Part shown: in pieces, positions 25,482 through 36,885 of the stretch | Layout: the number at the start of each line of letters is the position of its first letter | Position numbering within the stretch: position 1 is the stretch's first letter | Assembly (NCBI GenBank): GCA_051047955.1 | Contig: JBPGPT010000005.1 | Coordinates: 310,001-374,000, forward strand | Source: Cystobasidiomycetes sp. EMM_F5 | Lineage: Eukaryota | Length of the DNA: 64,000 nucleotides | Direction: 5' to 3' | The notes under the pieces: generated by a model | The model's input: the letters and a program-made list of their open reading frames with translations, nothing else | What the model was told of the DNA's origin: nothing | Databases searched by the model: none | Position numbers and translations under genes: made by a program

Positions 25482-27204
25482 CTAGCCTTTTCGATAGTTG
25501 GCAAATGCAAGTAGGACGGCTTCAACGCAGGTGATTGTGGCAGCGGAGCCAATAAAGCTGCTCGCGATGGTTGGTCGATAGCCAACAAAGTACGCACGAA
25601 GGCCTAAGAGACGAGTTGACCAGAGTTCTAGCCAGGCGCTTCTTTCCCCTGGATGCCAGCTGCGTTTAAACCGCGACAGGCGCGCTAGTAGCGCATGCGT
25701 CGTCGTTGTTGGGTACATGTACACGTAGTGCTTCATTCCGTCGGAATATATCTGCCGTGACACGGATGTTATGGTCGGAGCAGGCTGTGAGTGAAAGGTT
25801 TGCAGACGCGTTTTGATGATGTCGAGGCTGCACAAATCAAAGTCAAAGCCAATGATGCTCAGTGCTTATCGGTTGACTCGACGTCGGGTCGCTCACGGAT
25901 ACGGTACCATAGCGCTCAAGCAGCCTGCCAGACCTCCTGCGAGTAGCGTCTGCAGTACAGTCACCGTCCGAGAAGGTCCGATGTCAGGCAGTATTTCGGG
26001 TACAGGTGTTACTTCTTCGTTGCGTGATACTTGTTGTAATGACAATGCTTGATTTGTGGACCATGAAAATACAGAAGATGGCGATGACGAATGTTCTGAT
26101 GCTAACGGATTCTCAAAGCGGAGAAGACGACGAAAGACGATATCTGAGGAGCGGCGTGAGCTGAGAGGACTGTATAAAACGCTTGTACGCACAACTAGAA
26201 AAGAATATGCCAGAGCTGACGGTATCTCTAAATGCAGTTGTAAGGCCGCCGTGGTAGAAACCTTATTCTGAAGTTAGAGCAAGTCCGTCATACAGCTCGA
26301 CAACCGGAATACCTTTAAAGCCTTCCTGATTGGCAATAAGCTTGGTTATGCCATAACTACCGAGTTTCCTCGACGAGGCTTGGTTCTCCACCTGAGCGCG
26401 GCATTTGATAACCTCAATCTGGTTTTGGAGCGTATCAGCGCAATCGTTAGAACCAGCGTATCGTGCACATACAGGCGTCTGTAAGAGAGCGCACAAGCCA
26501 CCGGCGATCGCACCGGACGCAAAGACTCGAGATATTTCAGAAGGATTCTGTCTGTCTTGATTGAACATTGACCTTGAAGGTATAGCGAGTTAGCCTTGTT
26601 TCCCCTTCGAAATCAGAAGCAAGCACACATTGACCGCCCATATATGCCGAAAAATGCAGCATCAATGAATGCTAGGCCCTGCAAAAGCGGCGAAATACTG
26701 AGCGTGCTCGAGAAGCTGACAGCATGTCTTGCTCACCAGAATTGGCGCTGCGGCTCCCGCTACGAGGAAACGCGCGCCCTCTGCTCTCCACAATAGCAAT
26801 AAACCTTCGCGCGTGCTTGCTGGAGGACGGCTTCCGGCTCCAGCTCTGGGAGTGCTAGGTGTATCGGCAGCGGTTGCAGCAGGTATTGCGGTTTGCATTC
26901 GCACTTTTCTGTTTATATTGCGTCGTTTAGTTGGACTTTGGGCGACCGAGATGCCTCGGTGCAGAAAGAGCTTACAATACTTCGAGTGGATTGGACTGTG
27001 GAGAATGATCAGATGGAGGGGCTGGGCAGATACGAGAATTGCGCAACACACGGCTAATATCCCCAGAGCACCACCGAACCATCCAGCGACTATATCGTCC
27101 AGAAGCTCGGGCTCATTGTGCCGGATTACGACTGCCGCTGGCTCGGCGGACACGGCAGAGGATGCAGCATTGGTTACCGTGCTCTTGATGGCATCGTATG
27201 ACAT
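25482..27204 (-). CDS. Mitochondrial carrier (SLC25) family protein
   Basis: Three PX(D/E)XXK signatures after splicing (PLEVLKVRMQ, PIEVIKCRAQ, PLDIIKTRLQ). Substrate uncertain. Confidence 0.88.
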
Positions 27205-27480
27205 TTGTCGAGCATGAGCTCAGGCTGATGCGATCTTGGATCTTGGATTGTTGCAACTCAGTACCGACGACCAGACTCGGCGAAGAAGCGTCGAGTAATG
27301 GCAGATTTGCAAATGGTGGGCAGGCGTTCAGCAGCCAGAATGGTTCCCAGAGGTCAGCCGCAATGTGCGAGCAGTCTGAACAAAATAAAGCTGGCCGATA
27401 ATCCAAGTGGGCGCATTTGATTTGTTGATCTTCGCCTTGAGCTTTGCATCACATCAACGCAGCAAACATCTGATAAAACA

Positions 27481-29346
27481 ATGGCACGGCGGGTTTGTCT
27501 ACAGCTATCCATGCAGGGCAACACTGGCAGAGTCACTGACGCGCAGCCCAATCACTCCAGCGAAAGAACCGCACACATGCCGCTAAAGCCGATCAGGCAA
27601 AAAAGGTCAATGATGGCACGCCCAAAAGTTTTGTCGTGCACAGCGGGCTTGTCGGGGGTAGCGTCAAGCAGCTGTCCAAGGATCTCCGACGTGTCCTCGA
27701 GCCAAACACTGCAACCCGTTTACGAGTGAGTAGACGACTTTTCCAGATTTTGTGGAAACGCTAATGACAGATTTTCGTATAAAGGAACGCAAAAGCAACA
27801 AGATTAAAGACTTCATCGCAATGTCTGGTCCATTGGGAGTGACTCATCTTTTGGTGTTCGCGCAGAGCGAGGCAAACAAATCAGCTGCCGAGGACGATAA
27901 AGAAGATCCAGCGTCTAACGTCAATATGAGGATAACGAGGCTGCCAAGGGGTCCTACTCTTGGCTTCAAGGTGTTACGCTATGCTCTGGTGCGCGATATC
28001 CTAGCCGCGACCAAGCGTCCGCACACGCCTGGCAAGGAATTCCAGACAGAACCGATTGTGAGATAATGCGAGTGTGACGCTGTCGCATCAATATGCTGAC
28101 TCTCCACAAGCTCATCCTCAACAACTTCTCATCAACCAACAATACAGCAGACGCACGGCAGCTGGGCCTAATGCAGACCATGTTTCAGAATCTGTTTCCT
28201 CCCATCAAAGTGCACAGCATGCCACTTGCATCTGCAAGGCGGGTCGTACTGCTCTCATACAACCCAGAGACTCGGACGATCGATTTTAGACACTACCTCA
28301 TTGCGGTGCGACCGGTCGGTGTGTCAAGGGCCGTCAGGAAATTGATTGATGGGACAACTGCAAGAAGGCGGCCGCGAGAAGGATCGGTCTACTCCGCTGC
28401 CGCTAGCGATGCAACTACCGCGACGTCTGCTTCTGCCTCCTTTGCGGCCCTCAAGGCCCGTGGTCTGCCAGATCTGCGTAGCGCCCAGGACGTCAGCGAC
28501 TATGTGTTGCACCATGGCGATCTTGGCTTCTTGTCTTCCGTAAGCGACGCAGAGAGCGATGCTTCTGGCGCAGAGTCGGAAGGCGAAGGTGGAGAAGGAG
28601 GCGAATCAAGTCGACATGTCGACCTGTCGTCGGCATATATTGGCCGAGCCAATCGAAATGCAGCGGTCATGGCTCAAGGCGGCGAGAAGCGTGCTGTGAA
28701 ACTTACTGAACTTGGACCACGAATGGAGTTGGGTCTCGTCAAGATTGAGGACGGTATCGGTGATGGCAAGGGAGATGTCTTGTTTCACGAATTTATTCAC
28801 AAGACGGCAAAAGAGGCGGCAGATATTGCTCGACGAGCCAAAGAGCGCGAAAAGCTGTCAATGGCTCGCAGAAAGGAGCAGGAGGCCAACGTCAAGCGGA
28901 AAAAGGACGCAAAGGAGAAATTGAAGGCGGAGAAGAAGCAGAGACGCGAGCGAAAGGAGGCAGATGGCGAGGATGTTGATGAGGATGAGGCTTCAAGCGG
29001 AGATGCAGCGGAGGAGGATGACGATGAATTCGCGTACGAAGATCTCTTTGCGGAAGACGGCACAGCTGGCGACGGAGTGGGCGCAGATGAAGCGTTACCG
29101 GGCGGCGATGAGATCGATGAAGAAGAAGAGCTCTTCGACGAAGGGGACGATTCTGACCCAGAAGGCGCGGCGGAACCTGCTGGCGACTCGAGTGACAGCG
29201 ATCATGAGCAATTGCCGCCCGCGAAGAAGCTCTCACGGCCAGGCTTGACGTCTTCAGCCTCGAAACCGTCAGCCGGCTCGAAGAATGGCAAGAGCAGGCA
29301 ACCGAAATTTAGTATGCGCACTAGCGGAAAGCCGCAGCGTCGATGA
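27481..29346 (+). CDS. SSF1: Ribosome biogenesis Brix-domain protein Ssf1/Peter Pan
   Basis: MARRRKNRTH, PKSFVV, RLPRGPTL.F, RAVKLTELGPRMEL and an acidic tail. Confidence 0.93.
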
Positions 29347-29508
29347 TCAGGTGTCTTGAGATTGTCAATGGCTTGATGTTGTGACTTGCTTAGGCCAATG
29401 TGCTCTGCATCATGATAATACAGGCATCCGTGTGTATGGCAAGATACACACGACCATGATTCTGCTAACTGGTTGGCCTGCTTATTACGCATCTGACTAC
29501 TTGAAGAC

Positions 29509-30764
29509 ATGGCCCATTTAACACCTGCACTCGGCGGGGACAACACGGAAAAGCTGCAGCTAGCTTCAACATTTGCTGAGAGCATACAGCGATTTCATTT
29601 TGAGGACAAGAGGACGCGTAGTTCTCCTAGGCGGCGCGTTACAAGTCCCGCCAGTGCTGCTTCAACGTCATACACAGTTTCCTGTTCCACACCGCCAACA
29701 AAGCGCAGGACATTATCAGATGGCAAAGAGTCATCTTCAACACTACACTCCGCCTCCAAGTCCCCTAGAAAGCGTCAAAAAACGAGAGCGACGTTTGAAG
29801 ACATGGCGGAGATACCGGATCGTTTAGCGAAGGATCTGGACAGTCGGTGGACTGTACTCTTTCTACTGATCGCAATGACCTGACTACGAATGATGAAAAC
29901 TGCCTCTAGTCCTCTTTTGCGGATACAACCCTGGCGTACGGTCATCCGAACTCGGCTACCACTATGCTCACCCCTCGAATCGATTCTATCGCATATTACA
30001 CGAGTCAGGATTGACAGAGAGGCGGCTGAAGCCTGAAGATTCGCCGTCTATGCCCGAAACTTACAAACTTGGCTTGACTGACCTCGTCGCGAGGTGTACG
30101 GCCCGCGCAGATCAGGTTTCTAGCCTGGAGTTTCAGGCTGGTGCTGTTGGCCTGCTGGAAAAGATTATCAAATGGCGACCAAAGATGTTCGTGCGAGTCC
30201 AGCTACGTGATCCGTCTATATGAGGCTGATATCTATTTTAGGGTATGCTTCGTAGGCATGGACGTATACCGCAACTTTCGCAAACATTTTGCGGCTGTCT
30301 TAGATAAGGATCGTGTCCGCGTAAAGTCGGAAATAGATGATAAGGTCACCCTTGTCCCGCGTTCTCCGCCCCCGAGCCCTCACAAACAATCTAAGAGCGA
30401 TGTTCGTCTGGGTCTACAGGAAATAGTGCTGTCTATCGCACCGGAGGATGTAGATTCTGCGCCAAGAGATCTGGTGAGGCTATTCGTCATCCCTTCTAGC
30501 AGCGGGCTAGCAGCTGGGTATAGTGTGAATGTTTTCGGCGGTATATGACGACGTATGCTAGCTAATCACTCCGTATTTCTGCAGGATCAAGATAGAATAG
30601 GATACCTCAAGCTTGCGAAAGAGATAGTCATGAGCATACGGGCAGGTTGGTACGCCGAACCATCTGACATTCTTGCTATCGATGCGGAGCTACATCTGGA
30701 GAGTCGCATCCAGCAACAAGCAGCTGGAAAGTGGAGCTTTGTAAAGTCAGAAGCGGATCTCTGA
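29509..30764 (+). CDS. TDG/MUG-family mismatch-specific uracil/thymine DNA glycosylase
   Basis: LFCGYNPG..S...GYHYAHPSNRFY, GLTDLVAR.T and FVIPSSSGLAA motifs. Confidence 0.88.
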
Positions 30765-30968
30765 AGAGCATTGAGCAATTGAACCGAGTCTATACATGCG
30801 TATCAGATTTTGCTTCACATGCGTGTTGCCCTATAGCAATCTCTGCATAGCCCCTATTCGCGGCTTCTTTCGGTATTCAGGCGCAGGCATTTAGAGGCGC
30901 AATGTTTGCATCATATGAAATTGCCCTGTATTGTGTACTCTTGCCAACACTGACAGACCACTTGAAAC

Positions 30969-32851
30969 ATGATACTCGACTCTGTGCTCGATAGGATTGG
31001 GCAGACTCCGCTCGTACGGCAAACGCGCTTGTTTGGTCCTCCTCGTGGCGTATGATACTGACACGTTTGATCGTTTTGTGCGGGCAGGTGCGAGCGGACA
31101 GGCTTGCGAAAGAGTATGGCTTCAAGTGCAATCTCTGTGAGTCTCGGCACAGCTCCAGATTATGAAATGAGCTGATGGCATTCTGTGTTGACAGTAATGA
31201 AATGCGGTTCGCAATCACGTATGCCTGCGCTGGAATGCGTTGACTGACATTGAAATGAAACTCAGAGTACTTCAATGCTGGAGGCAGTGTCAAGGACCGT
31301 ATCGCGTCGGTTACAGAACTGAACTCGAGGATTGTACCTGGCTGAATGATAGGCGAAACAGGAAACGCATGGTCGAGCAAGCAGAACGCGATGGAAGGCT
31401 AATTCCAGGAAAGAGTGTTGTCATTGAACCCAGTAAGTTCGGCGCGTCTTTGCAATATTGCATGCAGTCTGACGTGTACAATGCTTAGCCAGCGGCAATA
31501 CTGGCATCGGACTGGCTTTACAATGCGCGGTTAGGGGCTACAGATGCATCATTTGTATGCCTGAGAAGATGTCGGCTGAGAAGCAGATCGTTTTGTTATC
31601 GTGAGTAAGATGCAGCGGTCGCTTGATAAATCGCTAATGGCGCAGACAGTCTAGGGGCCGAAGTCATCCGGACACCGAATGATGCAGAGCACGATGATCC
31701 TCGTTCCCACATTCGTCAGTCTGCTCTCATGCGAAAACGGCGCATCGGCTTACTCGTACCCATCCAGAGGTCGCTCGCAAGCTGACCAACGAGATTCCCC
31801 ACGCTGTCATGCTGGATCAGTATGCCAATATACACAATCCGCAAGCTCACTACGAAGGCACAGCTGTCGAAATCATTGAGGACATTCGCGAGTCGTACAT
31901 TCAGTCTTCTTCAAGTCATAGGCGCAAGCGTAGTAGTACGATTGACCGGTTGTTGAATGGCTCAAGTCACCTTGAAGGCCTACCTACAACCGTCAACGGG
32001 GACAGAAACGGTGATAGTACAGAGACTTCAGCCTCAAGTCAAGGACGTCGGCGTAGCGGTACCATTGATAAGTTGCTGAACGGGTCGAGTCACTTGGAAG
32101 GTCTACCAACCACGATCAACGGAGGAGGGCGCAACGCTTCGTCATCAAAGCATGCCAACGGTGCTCATGGATCGCCATCGACAGATGCAGGTACTTGTGG
32201 AGAGGCCACTTCGTCACAAGGGAGACCGTCAAGTGGGCGAGTGGACCTGCTGGTTGCCGGAGCTGGAACTGGCGGATCTATAAGCGGCCTTGCGAAGCGT
32301 CTCAAGGAGGAGTACGGCTCGCCATCTAGGCCCGACGACTTTGAGGGGTGCCGTGTGCTCGGCGTGGACCCAATTGGCTCGATCTTGGCAGTTCCAGAGA
32401 ATCTCAACATCTTGCCAGGAGGTGCGAAGACGGCCTTTTACGCCGTTGAGGGTATAGGCTATGAATTCATTCCTCAAGTCCTGGACCGGGATCTCATCGA
32501 TGACTGGGTGAAGGTTGAAGACGACAGAGCTTTCGAGGTCGCGCGACAACTGATCCGCACCGAAGCGCTACTGATTGGTGGTTCAAGCGGTGCAGCTGTA
32601 GCCGGTGCGCTTGCCTACCTTACAGAAACTGAGAATGGCAAAGCGATAGCTCAAGATCCGAATGCCAACGTCGTCGTCATCATGCCAGATAGGTGCGTGG
32701 CCACGAGCAACGTAAACGCACTGTCCCATGCAGCCTACTGACTTCTTTGGCATACAGCATTCGAAATTACATTACAAAGCCGTGGTTAAAGCCGTCTGAG
32801 AAGAAACCGCTGCCAATGTCCGCGCCGGCGCCAAGTCAGCCTGTTTTGTAA
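30969..32851 (+). CDS. CYS4: Cystathionine beta-synthase (PLP enzyme) lacking a C-terminal Bateman domain
   Basis: [58 protein letters not shown] and PDSIRNY. Confidence 0.85.
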
Positions 32852-32985
32852 TTAGTGCTTGTCATACGTTGTTGCATCTTGCAGTCACTTAGCACAGCTG
32901 TACATGTCTGCCTCGGCCTGAATGTATTCGCTGCCCGAATCACTTGACGCGCAGTCTCGTTTACACCATCTCGGTATCTGCAAAG

Positions 32986-33946
32986 ATGAAGAAATTGCAC
33001 GCTGCCCTGTCCTCACATCCGCAGGACCCATCTGACCCTCATCATCGTGGCCCGCTTCACTCGCACCATCATCATCACAAGACTGACAGCCATGCGATAG
33101 CGCGCAGCAACTCGGCAACCGCTGTATCAGCTAGCGAAGCATCTTCTGCGACGGAGCATGGCGACGAAGGGCATATCGTTCGTGAGATGAGTCTGAACTC
33201 GACTACCGGGAGTATCGGCAGCACTTCGGCTTCCAGTCACAGTGGCAAGTCAACAGGCATTATATCAGTGATGAGTCGAGCACTACCCTCGCGCGGAGGC
33301 AGTGGTAGCGAAACTCCGGTCGACCGTGAAGCGATACGACAAAGTCTGTACGACCATGAACCAAGCGATGATCCCGTCACATTCGCATTTGATGCCTTGA
33401 GTTTCGTCTGGAGCACATCGCGCAAAGGGTCAAAAAAGAGGCTGTCTGAGCCAGACTTTGAGGATATTCGAAGGATCATAGTGCCCAAATACTATCATCC
33501 AGACTTTCGGCACAACTCGAATGGCGATTGGGAGTCTCTGGATACATGGCTAGACAAGTTGGAGGGCAACCGTGAGGTAGGCTTGAATTGCCCGTGAGAA
33601 TAGCAATCTTTGTCCTGATACCGACAGGTATAGCGCGCCAAAAGCATCCGCATACGCCTCATTCGGTCTGAGCGGGAAGGGTCACAACGACATAAGTCAA
33701 CATTACGTCGAGTTTCGGTGTTTCTGCATATGGAAAACATCGTACACACGGCAGACAGCGATGAAGAACCGGTACATATGCCAGTCTTCATCATCGTCGA
33801 CATCGAGAATGACAAGGTAAGCACACGAAGACTATACAAAATGGTCAAATCTGACTTTTTTGACATGAAAGATCGTAGCGGATCACGCAGTGTATGATAT
33901 GTCGCCATTCAAGAAGTCTACGCAGCTGGAATGCACTATCATGTAG
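32986..33946 (+). CDS. Hypothetical protein with Ser/His-rich N-terminus, possible NTF2/SnoaL-like domain and C-terminal CaaX (CTIM)
   Basis: Three exons joined by canonical introns give an open frame ending TGC ACT ATC ATG TAG. Confidence 0.65.
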
Positions 33947-34786
33947 CACATAGCCGCAGCCGCATGACCCATACTTCCACGTGTCAAGCCGTGGAGTAGA
34001 AGATTTGTGGCTATCGGATTGCCAATGGTCATCTGTGCTCGACACACGGGAACTGGAGCATGTCGCGCAACTACAGTGTACTTGAGATCGGCTCCTGGTA
34101 CATTCATCGCCTACCTGGTCCACGCGTTGACACTGCATTGCTTCATAGCCACTTGTCAGATAATGCTACTTACGCATCCCATACCGTGACGTTTCCTTCG
34201 AAGTATCTCACGGCCTGACAATGATCCATAGGCGCCTACGCAATCAGGGCCTCGTCAGCTGGACTGAATTCACTCCAGCCCCCACCTTCGATGATGTTGT
34301 AGCTGAGCAGCAGGTACCAGAGGCTCTCTTAGAATCTCGGTCTGCCAGCAATTAGCAGTAGCTGCTGCGTGCATATTCGCATGCGTCGATATCAGCCTAC
34401 AGCTCAATCTGTGCGGCAATCAAGGCAACGGCACGCTGGGCGGTGTGCCAGTTTCGTTCGTCAAAGTTAGTCCCAGTACATCTTTCCGTTCGTTTCTAGC
34501 TCGTTATCCGACCACCATTTGTAAGCGCAGCACAAGCTATTGTCGGAGATTACTATTGCATTTTCATCGATGCTAGACGTTTCTCAGCCCTATTGCGCAA
34601 TGTTTGACAGCCGAGGCAGTGCTGACACCCCCTTTGACGAAATTTCCAAAAATGGCAGCCAAATTCGCACTCTTTACGAGGACAATGGTGCACCTCCTGA
34701 AATAGCACATCATTCTTGGATTCTTGTACACCTTCTGCAAGTTTGTCATTCTCACATTCGAGTTGCACCCAGCCACATATCCAGCC

Positions 34787-35977
34787 ATGTCCGCCAAGAT
34801 TGCAGTCATCTACTGTGAGTAACCTACAGAAGAGGGCTGCCCGGGACCTGGTTCGCGAAGTTACTGACGCAATATTTTCGTTTGATGTTGCTTTCAGACT
34901 CGACGTATGGCATTGATTCACAACTGCATGTCCCGATGAATCTTACTAACATCTTTGCATCCGCCGCCTTCTCCGTTCCTTAGCTATGGTCACATCGCAA
35001 AGTCAGTTCCTCTGGTACTAAGTGAAAGTCTTTGATGCGCTAAAGTCATTAAATTCTCTATGCTTCTACTTTTTTCATATTCCCACACTCACCTCGTCAT
35101 ATCGAAATGCGAAACAGGCTCACTGAGCACATAGTCGCGGGCGCAAAAGCTACGTAGGTTGATGTCGCGTCTAACAACATGAGTACAAAGGCTTACTGCT
35201 CTTCATCACAGTGGTGCACACGTTGATGTATATCAGATCCCGGAAACTCTCTCCGCGGAAATTCTCGGCAAGTAAGTATTGGCGACGTCGGTATCAGGTC
35301 ATTCGCATCTCATCTGACACGACGCTCATCTGGCAAGACAACATGCCATACCCAGACCAGATCTTCCAGAGATCACGCCAGTCACGCTCGCTGAGTACGA
35401 TGGTGTGAGTCCGCTTTGAATACATCCACCGACACAGAAGAATCTGATGCTTGTACTCCCAGTTTATTCTGGGCGCTCCCACGCGGTACGGCAGAGTACC
35501 AGCCCAGGTGTCGGCCTTCTTTGACAGCACTGGAGGGCTGTGGGCCAAGGGCGAATTGTGAGTACAGGAATTGGTACAGCGGGGTCTTCTGATCGATCAT
35601 CCAATCAGAGTTGGAAAGTTTGCGTCCGTGTACACCTCAACTGCATCTGTGAGTCCGACAATTGGTTGCATGAGCATTTGTTGTCCTGACATTTCCTGCG
35701 ACAGCAACATGGAGGACTTGAGACTACGGCTCTGACTACCATGCCGTTCTTCGTGCACCATGGCATCAACTACGTTCCTATCGGGTATGCGGCGCCTGAG
35801 CTCACTGGACTGGACTCCATCATCGGAGCATCTGCTTATGGCGCCGGCACGGTCGCCGCCGGTGACGGATCTCGTCAACCTACGAAGGAGGACTATGCAG
35901 TTGCAAATTTCCAGGGCAAGCACTTCGCCAACACCGTCAACACTTTCGTAGCCGGGAAGCACGCACTCGCAAAGTAA
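34787..35977 (+). CDS. Flavodoxin-like NAD(P)H:quinone oxidoreductase (WrbA/Pst2/Ycp4 family)
   Basis: Spliced [34 protein letters not shown] and [14 protein letters not shown]; many small exons, including a 7-nt one. Confidence 0.93.
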
Positions 35978-36290
35978 GCTTGTAGCCTTGTCTGGTGCCC
36001 CGTACTACGCGTCCACAGCCATACAACACCATCGCGTTTATCCCGTAATACTTATACACTTATAAAGCGTAAGGCCGTTGTATAAGTGATCGGTTTAGCA
36101 AGTCTTTAAACCATCCCTATCATACAAAGGCTGCTGATCAGGAGACGCTCACTGGCTTTCATCCAGCTCCTCCTTTGCATTCACCCGCTGCATACGTCTT
36201 CGATCTTCCCTCGCTTGCTTCGCTGTAATGTGTATACCGCTGCTGATGAGCTTCTCCTCATATACAACCGATATCTACTGGTACTTCTAG

Positions 36291-36617
36291 CGGAACGACT
36301 ACGGCAGCCCGGGCACCTCCCGTGACAGAAGCAAGTCCATCGACGGCCGTACAACAAGCGACAGGTACGACATCTCCGAATAGCAATTTGAGATGTGCTG
36401 AGAAATGAAAATAGCTGTCGAGCCAAAACCCTACGTGGTTGATACGCCGCTGCGAACGAATGGCGCATTCGCCACCGCCGTAGCCGTGCCAGCAGCGACT
36501 ACATCAACGCCCACTACTACCAGCCCAGCCGTGCAGAACACTGCGTCTGCGCAGAAAGCAAAGAAATCTAGCATCTGGACACGATGCTGCGGTAATGAGT
36601 CAGATTACGCAAAGTGA
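36291..36617 (+). CDS. Small Thr/Ala/Pro-rich hypothetical protein ending KKSSIWTRCCG...; start not resolved
   Basis: Two in-frame blocks joined by a GTACGA..TAG intron. Confidence 0.4.
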
Positions 36618-36885
36618 ACATCAGCGGTTCAAGACGACCTCCAGCAGTGTAAATATGTGTGAAATGAAGCTGCTGGGTCCTGTAGATATTCGGTGCTATC
36701 ATGCACACTGGCGGCTTGAATCAGCATGTTCTATATACACTGTTGGACTGAAGTGCTATTCCTTGCACTCTGTGGTTACTCTCCATCAGCACTGCCTATT
36801 GATGCGATGGCTATCCCCAGGTTTTGAACTGCGGTTTGACTGTATAAACTTTAACTTAACCCAATCTCGTCATGTCCCTCAATCC

